Below are positions 36,503 to 47,959 of a stretch of 64,000 nucleotides of DNA, piece after piece. This stretch comes from Prorocentrum cordatum (taxonomy: Eukaryota), in assembly GCA_963575745.1 (NCBI GenBank), contig CAUYUJ010000015.1:1-64000 (forward strand). Reading direction: 5' to 3'. A program made the position numbers and the translations under genes. Each line of letters begins with the position of its first letter. The first letter of the stretch is position 1. The notes below the pieces were generated by a model, which made no database searches, was not told the DNA's origin, and saw nothing but the letters and a program-made list of their open reading frames with translations.

Positions 36503-37085
36503 GCATCATCACCACCACCATCATCGTCATGATCATACTAAGAATCATCGTCATCATCAGCATTACCATCGGCATCATCATCAGCATCACCATCAATATC
36601 ATCATTATCAAAATCACCGCCATCGTCATCGTCATCAGCACCATCATCATCACCACCATCAGCATCAGCATCATACTCACCATCATCAACATCCCCCTCA
36701 TCATCACCATCCCCCTATTCCATTCCCCCCTCATTACGATAAGCATCACCCTCACCACCAACATCTCCAGCAGCATCATCTGCAGCATTCTTCTCATCAT
36801 CAATCGCGTCATTACCATCAGCATCGTCATCACCATCATCATCATCACCACCACCATTGTCCCCTCATCATCATCTCCCCCCCTCCCCCTCCTCGTCCGC
36901 CTCCTCCTTTTCCTCATCATCAGCATCATCATCATCAGCATCATCCTCACCACCATCATTGTTTCCAGCAGCATCAGCATCATCAACATCAACCGCATTC
37001 TCATCCCCATCATAAGCATCAGCGTCAGCATCAGCATCAACATCAGCATCAACGTCATCATCATCATCATCAGCATTGTCAATAT
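36503..37085. repeat. Degenerate (CAT)n tract
   Basis: Direct reading; similar low-complexity DNA resumes after 42862. Confidence 0.9.
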
Positions 37086-37102
37086 TACTCATATTATCTG
37101 TA

Positions 37103-37339
37103 TGGGCGAATCAGGCACCTGGTGAGGATCCCTTTCTTCCCTGAAATCGGGTTTGCGCCAAAGCGGTTGAGACCCACTTCAGCTCCCGTCTTCATCCTCG
37201 CACGCACGGCAATCCTCTACCCCCACCTTAGGGGTTTAACGGGGCAGGTACCTTTAACCTCCCCACATATTCACAACACAACATTCCTGGGATTCCGCAC
37301 GTCACCGAGCACGACCATTAGGGCATACATAAACGCACA
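37103..37339 (-). repeat. 3' LTR
   Basis: Aligns end to end with 42609-42861 apart from substitutions and a ~20 nt indel. Confidence 0.92.
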
Positions 37340-37471
37340 CCCCTCGGAGACGCGTCGAACCGTCGTCCGACTCCGCTTTCATATCACTTCGGTCGTTCCA
37401 GCTCGCCTTGCAACAGAAACGTGCGCAGAATGCGCGCCAAATCAAGTCTCATACGCATCGCGACATTCTTC

Positions 37472-40400
37472 TTAGCGCCACCAACACTCCAACGCCTTCA
37501 GGCGCTCCATTAACTCTGACTTGCATCCGCTCGGATTGCTGCCGGGCCTGCACAGACGCAGTCTAACAGCATCGATCGTAAAATCATCAGCACATACCTT
37601 CGTACAGTTAGGGCAATCCCCTGGCGAAACAGATGTTTTCGGGGTCTGGGCTGTCACAGCGCATACCTTCCCAGAAACAGGTAGATCATCCTTATTTAGA
37701 CTCGAGATGGCACCCGCCTTCCCGATATGGTTTCCGACACGTATACCCGCGTAGAAGATCAAACCACCCATCATGAGAACGAGCATCATCGTTATCTGTG
37801 TCGAAACAGAAACGCTCCAATATTCGTCCACCGTCTCAATCGTTGAAACCTCACCAGCCGCATCCGTGCCCTTGACCATGGTAAGCAAATCGCCTAAACA
37901 GAGAACAGGACCCTGTCGAACCTCGCCTTCACCCTTGAGCGAAACCACTTTCGCATTCTGAACCCTATCCGAAACCTCAAGAACATCTCCGCCATCAAGA
38001 TTGCGCAAGCCCACAACCCATCGATGCTTTTCAAAATCCGTCTTCTCAAGATACTTGATTCCCAAGTCACTGCTGTTGAGCGCGGTCGGTATCCTATAAA
38101 TCACCAAGCGCCTTTCTCGAATCAAACCCTGAACAAACATGTGACGCAAGTTGACATGCTTGAGCTTACCCAAGCCCAGCCTGCTCTGATATGGAATAGT
38201 TGCCGAGCTGTCTGACTCCAACTGCAAACTGACCTGATTGTTTGGAAAGAGCTCCTCCACGAACGACTTCACAAGCAGCCTTCGCACGGTCCTGATCCCA
38301 TGCTATAGATCTCCGCCTCTGCTGAAGACGTCGCTGGACTCGCCTGCGTCCTGCTGTAGGCTGAAACCACCGTCTCATTTAGGTAGATGCGTCCGCTGGA
38401 AGTGCTGTTCCGTCCAATCCTGTCGCCAGCCCAGTCGCTATCGACCTTCACCTCGACGACGATGTTGTCCATGACCTCGGGCGCGATGAGATTGACAAAG
38501 TCCCTGGTGCCGCTGAGATAGCGAGCGACTCTCTTCAAACGTATCGCACCTCCGACCGTGGGTTGTTTCATGCCTCTGCTGATCTCCTTCGTCGCGAACT
38601 GCAAGTCGCACCTCTCCGCGGCCACAAACAGAAGTTTGCCGGTGCCCGTCCTGAACTTCTTGGCTTCGCCCTCGCTGAGTGGCTCCACATCTTCCTGCTT
38701 CGCCTCGGACTTGAGACCTGGAGTCGCCAGGGCCTTCGCATCGTGAGCTCCCATGTGTTCGGGCAAGCTGTCGATCGTCTTGGGTGCCACTCGAACAGAC
38801 AACCCCATCTCGTTCGTGAGCATTCTGATGGTATATCCCAAGTGTGCCTGGGAACTGCCTTTCGACATGTCTGGAGAGATCTCCAACAAGAAATGCTCAT
38901 TCGACGCATCTAGAACTCATCGGGTCCATTGCCTTCCCCAATAACCATGCCGTCATCCACGTGCCTCGCCACAATTGTCATCGCATCCTTGCTGACATAG
39001 ACCCTCGGCTCTGAAGCCAACCTCCTCATATTGAGCTTCTCGAAGTTGGTCTGGCTGTAGTGCGCATCGAAATCCACCGTCGTCTCGTTAAGTCTGTAGA
39101 TCGCGCAATTCAACCTCCAAACTACGTCGCCTGGGTCCGCGCCAAAGTTCTCGCTGCAATACCTCCTGTGCTCAGCTGGAGGCTCGAGGAAGACCTTCTC
39201 CCGAATTGGCGCATGTAGAAAAGCCTTCGATATATCAAAGAACTTCACCTTCCACTTCTTGATAGCCGCCAATGCTAGCAGAACTCGTGGAGCGCCCGCT
39301 CATGGCGTAGGGGTGTAAAGTAGTTCCTTCGGCTTCTTAGGCGTGTTGAACGGCCTAGCGCAGATCCTCGACTTCGCCCCTTCCGATCTGGCTTCGCCAA
39401 CCCAAACGACAGAAAGTAAAGAAGCATCCACTGCTGCCTGTGCGCGTCCCCCTTGGCCGTGAACTCATCGAGCCCATTCAAGTCGGCGAACCTCGCTATG
39501 ATGATCTCCTCCTGGGTGAACTCGCGTTTCAGGATCATGCGCGCGTTCCTCTGCTGATCGTTTTCCTCCTCGTTCGGCCTCAGTTCCTCCACTGCCTGAA
39601 TAGAGATCTCCACGTCCTCAGTCCTGGCCTGCATAGCGCTTCCAGCCACCCGAGTTCCGAATTCTGCCTCTCGCTTACCGATATTGCCGGGTGAATGTTT
39701 GCCGTACATCTTGACGCTTGGAGCTGGTGCCGTTGCTGCTGCTGATGAACCCGCTGTTGTCGCTGATGGTCGCATCGCGTCCTGTGCCTCCTCTTCTGAT
39801 GCCTTTGATCTTGGCGACTGTGGTCTAGGGCGCTTTCCTCCTCCGCTATCTCCTCGGTCAGCTGCTTACCTCTTTGGGCTCGAAGCTTGTGCCGGCCTTG
39901 CCTTCGGAGCTGCTGCAACCTTTGCTGCCGCTGCTCCTCCTGGCGCCGGCAGCGCCACCGCGGGTCCTCCGAGCTGTTGTCGCTTGATCTCAGCCTGTCG
40001 CTGCAAACGCGCCGTAGTCTGCGCCTTAGGTCGTCCATCTCGTCGAACTGGTGCATGGTCGTCGTCGCATGCCTGACACCCCTCTGTAGGCGTCCAGCCT
40101 GGTACTCCTCGAACCTCTTTCAAGTCTGCTTGCGACCACATAAGAAACGCCATCTTGTCGAACGCCTCCTTGTCCCACTGCAACTCCTCTGGCCTCTTCC
40201 TAACTGTAATAGCCTTCACAATGCCAAGCGCCGCGCCCGCGATATGCTCGTCGGCGTCTGTCGAACGCCCAGGCCACATTCCCATCTGCCAAGCTGATGC
40301 AAGTCGGTTGTCCGGAACTCCTGACTTCTGCGCTACGACGTTCTCGCCAAACGGGAGAAGCGGGGACTTGTATTTCGCCATCTTCAAATCTTCGTGGGTT

Positions 40401-42169
40401 GCCCTGCCATTGCGCTTGTACTGAAACATGTTCTGAACGAAAGCAACCTGTCTCACGATCCAGCTTAGAATGGCAGAGCCGCTCTTGACTACAACGAATA
40501 CTTCTTTTGAACTGCATGTGCCGTTGCCCTCACCGGGCCTTCGATAACCTTGACTGGTGCCTCCGCTAAACCGTTGCTGGCATGTGAACCTGGCGCCGAT
40601 TGCCGCAATGAAATATGAGCAAGAATGTCCCTGGCCTGCCTGTTGCGCCCCATGACAAGAGCGTTCCCGAGAGCAATAATCGATGCCTCGCCGTCGCTCT
40701 GAATGGCAATTCCCGGGTGCCCCAACTCATCCAAGTAGTTGTTAAGAAACGTTCCTGCATATGGAGTAGGGTCCTTCGCTGGCACCTGAGCCGCACCCGT
40801 GCAAGGTTGCAGCTGTCTCCGCGTCGCTATCCTCCAAGGCCAAAGAGCAGTAGTCCATGCAAACTGTCTTTGACGTCGTTGGCGTGCTCCCTGTTGACCT
40901 CGACCAAAAAGACAATCGTCACACCACGGCGCATGCGGAACATGGGCAAGGTTATGCCTCCCTCACCCTCGACGCTCGGAAGAACTGGGGCTCACATCCC
41001 GACTGCCCCCGCCGTTTCCAACTTCCCCCCGCTCTCGATGATGCCTCCCGTGGGACTTCCCGACGGATTTGGCATCGAAGCAATGTTGCTGGCAATCGTC
41101 TCGACTGGCCTCAGATCCTTGATCGCCTCGGACCTGTCCAACACTGTTAGGTAGTATCACCGCGCGCCCCACTCCGGGTAGCTGAACAGTCAACCCATCT
41201 TCGGACATATACCCGCGAGTTCAAAACTGAAACATCTATCATAGTTCCGCGAGTTCGCCAACCGATATCAATGGCCTCCGAACATCCGCGATCGCAAACG
41301 GAGCCACCACCTTTAGCAGCTCCCCGCACACGGTTGTGACTCTGAACTGGACCAATCGTTGTCCACGCACTCTCATCCTCTTACCAGTAGCTGAGAACAC
41401 CTTTGGCTCCTTGATCATGCCGGTCATCTCCACATGCTTGGTGCACTCCTTGGGCGCCACGCGCGCGCGCCCCGCTGTCAGACAACGGGTCCTCATCAAA
41501 GCCCCCGATGGCCATGATAGTTGTCTGACTGATCATGAAAATCCATCCAGCGTCGGCTATCCCAAGGGCAACTACAATCCCACCTGATTGAGACTGTGCT
41601 GGCGCCTGGGAATTGCCTTGCACTGCACCTCGTTGTCCTCCTGCGACTTCGTCGTGGGTAGTGCCTGGGGCTTGCCTACAGTTACGTGCGCAGTGTCCTC
41701 GCTGCCCACAGCGGTGACAAGCTACATATCGATATCCGTTTCCGCTTTGAGCTTTGCCCTTGCCGCGTTCCTCTCCTTTCGCGGTCTTCCTTTTTGTGTC
41801 GTTGTTGCCCTTGCTCTTGTTGTCCTTACCTTTGCTCGCCCCCTTTCCTTTGGTGTCTTTGCCTTTGTGAATGTTGCCGATGTCCATGGGCGCTGGTCCT
41901 GAGCTCGCTACCGACGCGCTCATCTGCAACTGCGTGTAGTTCGACATGGCGTCCTTGAGCGATTCCGCTGAAACGGACGTCTGCGGGCCCATCTGAGCCT
42001 CGATACTTGCTGGCGCGCTCTGCTTCAAAACTGCCTGCTTGAGCGTATCCGAAAGCCTTTCGTCATGCAGCTTCTCGCACGTCTGGAACCTACTCCCCAA
42101 GACTGCGTGACTTGAGCGGCTCAGCAAACGCTGTGCTTCCAAACCGTGATCACCTGAAACATTTATCAC
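37472..42169 (-). pseudogene. Copia gag-pol, frameshifted, with C-terminal TM and SAP-like extension
   Basis: ORF fragments 41381-42169, 40489-40785, 39866-40456, 38910-39272, 38269-38889 and 37472-38287 carry the domains in order. Confidence 0.9.
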
Positions 42170-42582
42170 CAGCTAAAGCGGATTGCCCATGAGAGCCCGC
42201 GATGACAGGAAAGCCAAGATCCTGCAATGGCCACGGCGAACTTCATTGAGCTCCTGCACTGAAATCGGATTGACTTGACGCTCTGTCTGCTCCAGACTCT
42301 GAAAGCTCGCCATCCAACGCGCCGATGTAGGCCTTGAAACCATACTTCCGCTGAAGCCAGCCCGTGCGATTACCTGAATAAGCCCCGGGCTTTCCCAACA
42401 ATTTGGTACCAACTAGTGGCATCGGCCCGCCTTGATCACCCGTTAATTCGTGAAGCTACACATAAGTTCGCACTCGGAATTGAACTCCTCCGACTCCAAC
42501 GTCAAGGGAATCTGGAAATCGATGTTCGTGGAGATCTCGAAACTGAACTTGGCTCAGCAATCGCGGCGCGCCAGGACCCCGT

Positions 42583-42608
42583 GGATTAGACCACGGGCTC
42601 CGCTACCA
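42583..42608 (-). promoter_or_regulatory. Primer-binding site, initiator tRNA-Met-like
   Basis: Minus strand TGGTAGCGGAGCCCGTGGTCTAATCC directly follows the LTR-terminal CA and resembles the complement of the tRNA-iMet 3' end (TGGTAGCAGAG...). Confidence 0.8.
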
Positions 42609-42861
42609 TGGGCGAATCAGGCCACTGGTGAGGATTCCTTTCTTCCCTGAAACCGGGCTTGAGCCAAATTGGTTGAGGCCCACCTCAGCTCCCGTTTTCA
42701 TCCTCGCACGCACGGCAATCTTCTACCCCCGTTTTAGAGGTTAAACTGGGCAGGTATTGACCTCCCCACATATTCACACCGCACCTTTAGCACGGCACAA
42801 CACAACATTGCTGGGATTCCGCACGGCACCGAGCACGACCATTTGGGCATACATACACACA
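42609..42861 (-). repeat. 5' LTR containing an SL-like motif
   Basis: Aligns with the 3' LTR; CCTCAACCAATTTGGCTCAAG at 42658-42678 (minus). Confidence 0.92.
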
Positions 42862-43429
42862 TCGTAGTCGTATTATTATCGCCGATAACAACAACAACAA
42901 CGTCGTCAGTACCATCATCAATTGCCCTTCCCCCCTCATCCGATTCCGCCTGCTCCTCCCGTTCCCTCCCCCCCTTCTTTCTATTGTGGGAAGAGAGAAG
43001 AAGGGACAGGGAGGCGGAGGCGGAGAAGGAGGAATGGAAGGGCTGCACAGTGAGATCTTGCTGCGTCTCGGGCATTCTTGGCGATAGGGGGCCCCTTTCC
43101 CCTGCTTTTCCCTACTGTTCCTCCTCCTCCTCCTCCTTCCTCCTCTTCCGCGTCCTCCTCTTCCTCCTATGTAACGCTTGGTCCTTCTCCTCTTCCTCCT
43201 CGTCCTCCTCATCATCACCATCACCACCATTATCATGAACATCCTCATCCTACTGATCCTCCCCTTCCTCCTCATCCCTCATCCTCCTTCCTCCTCTTCC
43301 GCGTCCTCAACATCCGTTCTTCCTGCGCCTCCTGTTCTGTCCTCCTTCTTCATCCCCGCTCCTCATCAATAATTTCTCCTTGTCGCACCCCCAGAAGTGT
43401 TGGTAGGGTGGGCCGTGCGTTCGGCGTGA

Positions 43430-44140
43430 GACTTCACCCACCATTTCTGATCCTGAAGCTTGACATTCGCAACAGCTTCACGAATGGAGAGCGGTTTTCA
43501 AAATGTGGTTCTCGCGTGCCGCGCAGATACGTTTGTCTAGTTTGCAACAGCCTCACGGATGGAGGGCGGGTGGCTTTCAACATTTTGTTTTCGACTAGTC
43601 GCCGCGCGCTCGTCTTAGACAGATGCAGAAGCTTCACGGGTTGAGGGCAGGCCGGTTTCAATATGTGTTTCTCTTTTTAGCGCCTCGCACATGCGTTTTT
43701 AATGGTTGCAGCAGCTTCAATGATGTAGGGTTAAAAATGTGGTTATCGCCGTAGCGCCGCGCACAGTCGTTCGGAAGGCCGACAACCGCTTCAAGGATTG
43801 GCCTGGTTGAAGTCCCGGTACTGTCGTTCTGGCGCAGTTCAGGATTGTCAAAAAGCATCGGTCACATTGATTACCTGTGTTGATTTCCCAGGAATTGCGT
43901 TCTGGCATAATGCCGGACTGTCAGGACACAACAGTCACGTTGATGCGTGGCGTTGAAGTGCCAGGAATTGGCCATTGAGGATGATCCGACGGGTGTCTTC
44001 CACCAGGGCAGTTCCCACAATGAAAATAAATTCTTGTAGGGGCCTATGAAGATGGAACTTGGAGGAAGGTTTTACTGCAACATCGTCGATGCTATTGATG
44101 CGTCTTGGGTTTGCACTCTTCCTCCTCCGCCTCCTCGTCC
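43430..44140 (+). repeat. Dispersed composite repeat (~62 bp gcttcacggattgagggcgg..ttcaacatgtggtt units plus a ggggcctatgaagagg tail); other copies at 45520-47500 and 57650-59400
   Basis: Same unit and same tail (at ~44040, ~47410, ~59310) in three places. Confidence 0.7.
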
Positions 44141-45310
44141 TCCTTTTCAAAGGCCCCGAAGGGCAGCAGGTGACTCCCGAGGGAGCTCCATTTCACCCAC
44201 CCGAACCATCCCTCCTGACGGAGACGCGGCCCGAGTCGACAGCGCGGAGACACCCCCGAAAACGGGCCAGGGGCCTCTGAGGCACGTCTCTGGACTTCGC
44301 CTCCCCGCGACGAGACCAGCCATAATGTTTCCTGCAAGCATCATCCTCAACATTGAATCCCCAAATCCAGAAGCAAAAAAAACTCATCACACAAACCCCC
44401 ACCCACCCACTTGCCCACCATGGCAGCAGCTGCAAGGCCACGAAGAAGACTGTGCCAGAAGGGCCTTCGACACGCCGCCGCGTAGGTTGACGGACGCTAC
44501 GCCGCCGCGCAGAAAGGTATCCACCACCGCCACCTCACATTCAATGCCCCCGCTTGCCTTTTCCGTTATGTGCTATCGTCGGGCCAGCGTTCCCTCGCCG
44601 TGGGGCACGGTCTCAGCCCCCACCAGTTTGAGTGCTTCAGCGATGGCCGGGGCACGCCAGACCGTCTGGGCACCTCCCGGAGAGCAGATTGTGGCGCTGC
44701 CGCTGTGGCGCCAAGCGCGGCGGCCTCCCGCGCCCGCTTGGAGATTGCGGGCCGTCCGATCGCTGGGCAGCCCCCCGCAGCTGGCCAGGACGGCGGCAGC
44801 GATGTGTGGGCCTTTCGGCACGAACGAAATGGTTACGGAAAGAGTGGGCACAATGCCCAACAGCGGTTCTTGTTCATTTCGAACAGGACTCGCTTTCGGT
44901 GTCGCCGCGGCCTGTCCAACAGCGGCCGCTGTTGGTTTGGGACAACATCTGTTGTTGAGCATTGTGCCCATTTTTCCGTACCCAACTCGGGCGTCCAAAG
45001 CCTCGGGGGGCTCCCGCTGTTCCCCCGCCGCCCCCCGTCCATGGCGCCACCTGGCCCGCTGCGCGGCGCCCCGACGGGCGGGGCCGATGTGGCCTCCTCC
45101 TCCTCCTCCTCCTGCTCCGCTCTCCCTCTCCTCCGCTCTCCTACTCCTCTTCCTCCTCTTCCTCCTGCTCCACCTCCTGCTCTCCGCCTCCTGCTCCTGC
45201 GCCCCCTCCGCCCAGCCCTCCACCAATCACTCGCACCCTTCCGCGTCTCCCTCCGGTTCCCTCCTCCTCCCCTCCTGCTCCTGTTCCTGCCTTTCCTCCT
45301 CGTATTATTT

Positions 45311-45343
<33 letters not shown>

Positions 45344-45873
45344 CTTCTCCTCCTGCTCTCCACTTCCTCCTGCTACTACTTCTCCTCCCCCTTTTCCTTT
45401 TCCTCCTGAATAACTCCTCCCTGTCGCCCCCCGAGGCCAGTCGAAAGGGCGGGTCGGGCGGTTTGCCTGATACTTCCTTAACATCTATGGCCTTGAAGCT
45501 TGAAAGTTGGCAAGGGCTTCGCGGATTGAGGGCGGGTGGCTTTCAACATGTGGTTGTCGCCTGAGCACCGCGGACACTCGTCTTAACAATGACAAGAGTT
45601 TCACTTATTGATGGGGGACGTTTTTTTACATGTAGTTCTCGTCCTAATGCCGCGCACATCCGTTTTAACAAGTTGTAAGAGCTTTACGGATTGAGGGCGG
45701 GCGGTTCTCACTATGTGGCTCTCGCACCAGCGCCGCGCACATTCATTTTAAACATTTGCAAGAGTTCCACGGATTGAGGGCAGGCGGTTTTCAAGTGTGG
45801 TTCTCCCCTTAGCGCCGCGCACATTCGTTTACCTAAACAATGACAAGTGCTTCACATATTGAGGCCGGTTTTT

Positions 45874-47089
45874 CCCTACCTAGGCTCTGCCTAGAAGGGT
45901 TCTTATTCTGAGGCCTAAAGGGCCGGGCAGTGGGGCACGCCCCGGGCGGTTCCCCCAGGATCCGCCCCGCGGTTCCCCCAGTGACGTTCCCTTAGCTTCG
46001 CGTTGCTTATCTCATCTTAGCTTAGCTCATTTCATCTTACCTTAGCTTAGCTTTATATTACCTCAGTTTGATCTTAGCTTAGCTTACCTTCATCTTAGCT
46101 TCGCTGAGCTTTAGCATCGCAGAGCACAGCATAGCATAGCATAGCGTAGTATAGCATAGCGCAGCTTCGCATATCATAGCATGGGTGTAATTCCCTACCT
46201 AGGCCCTGCTTAGAAGGTTAGCTTAGTTTAGCTTAGTTTAACTTAGTTAGCATAGCGCAGCGCTGCATTAGCATAACATAGCATCACATAACATAGCCAA
46301 GCATAGCATAGCATAGCGCAGCATATCATAGCATAGCATCGCATAGCATCGCATAGCGCAGCTTAGCATAGCATAGCTAAGCTTAAAGGGCCGGGCCGTG
46401 GGGCTCGCCCCGGGCGGTTCCCCCGGCATCCGCCCCGCGGTTCCCCCAGTGACGTTCCCTTAGCTTCGCATTGCTTATCTCATCTTAGCTTAGCTTATTT
46501 CATCATACCTTAGCTTAGTTTCATCTTACCTCAGTTTTATTCCCTACCTAGGCTCTGCCTAGAAGGGTTCTTACTCTGAGGCCTAAAGGGCCGGGCAGTG
46601 GGGCACACCCCGGGCGGTTCCCTCGGCATCTGCCCCGCGGTTCCCCCAGTGACGTTCCCTTAGCTTCGCGTCGCTTATCTCATCTTAGCTTAGCTTAGTT
46701 CATCTTACCTTCGCTTAGCTTCATCCTGCTTCAGTTTTATTTTAGCTTAGCTTACCTTCATCTTACTTAGCTTCGCTGAGCTTTAGCATAGCAGAGCACA
46801 GCATAGCATAGCAGAGCGTAGCACAGCGCAGCACAGCATATCATAGCACAGCTCAGCATAGCACAGCATAGCGCAGCATAGCATACTATAGCCAAGCAAG
46901 GCATAGCATAGCGCAGCATAGCATAGCATATCATATCTTAGCAGAGCATAGCATATCATATCATAGCGCAGCATAGCATATCATAGCATAACATAGCGCA
47001 GCATAGCATGGCATAGCATAGCATAGCATAGCAACTAATGCTGCTTTCCTAGGGGCTCAAACTTCTAGGTAGGGTCGCACTGGGGTAAT
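45874..47089 (+). mobile_element. Non-autonomous element family 2, copy A: three 5' ends, (TTAGC)n/(TAGCA)n payload
   Basis: tt|ccctacctag at 45874, 46193 and 46542; single inverted ctaggtaggg at 47065 followed by tcgcactggggtaat. Confidence 0.8.
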
Positions 47090-47959
47090 TTGTTCAACAT
47101 GTTATTATCGTATTCGCGTAGCGCACATTCGTTTCCTTAAATTGCAAAATGTTCACGGATTCCACTGGTCAGGGTACCAGAAATAGTGCTGTGGAGCGCG
47201 GTTCAGGATTGTCAGGGCGCAACAGTTACGTTGATTTGCTGTGTTGAAGCCCCAGGGGTGGTGTTCTGGCAGGGTTCTGGATCGTTATAACAACAGTCAG
47301 GCTGACATACGGCTTCGGAGTCACGAGTATTGTGTTTCGGCACGTTTCAGGATCTTCCAACGGTTGTCTCCCAACGGGGCATTTCCTTCAGTGGAGAAGA
47401 ATGTTTATAGGGGCCTATGAAGAGGGAGATTGGAGGGAGGGTTTACTCAACCATCGTTGATTAATCTTGGGATTTGCAGTGGTCCTCCTCCTCTTCCTCT
47501 TCCACTCCTCCTCCTCCTCCTCCTCCTCCTTCTCCCTCTCCTGCCCCCGGCGCCCGAAGGTACCTGACGCGACGCTGCCCTGGACAGCCCGAAGGTACCT
47601 GCCAGTGCGCGTCCCTGCACAGCCCGAAGGCACTTAAAAATGCGCTTCCCTGGGCAACCCGAATGTACATCCCTCCCCCCATCCATCCATCCATCCATCC
47701 ATCCATCCATCCATCCATCAATCCCTCTTCAGTGCGGCCTTAGATGCGCTTGCGCTCGCGGCTTCTGCATTCAAACACGGCCTGGCGGCGGGGCCGGTCG
47801 CAGGGGAGGAGATCCTCTCTCACCTTCTGTATAGTTTTATTCATTGTTCGCCGCGCCTCCCCCCCCGCCCCCCGATGTTTCATGCTTTTTCCTCCCCATA
47901 TTGTCATGGTCCTTTTCCCCACCCTCCTCCGCCTCCTCCTCCTTCCGGAACCATGTGAG

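Larger units (their letters stand above)
37103..42861 (-). mobile_element. Full-length decayed Ty1/Copia LTR retrotransposon
   Basis: LTRs 42609-42861 and 37103-37339 (TG..CA); PBS; short PPT gagggg; gag zinc knuckle CHRCGQRGHCARNC; protease LSDSGA; integrase IQSDGE/SNGLAE; RT DISKAFLHA/HVDD; RNase H DSDWAG/SSAEAE/DSSA/KLKH; flanks ctgta and tcgta may be a decayed TSD. Confidence 0.93.
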
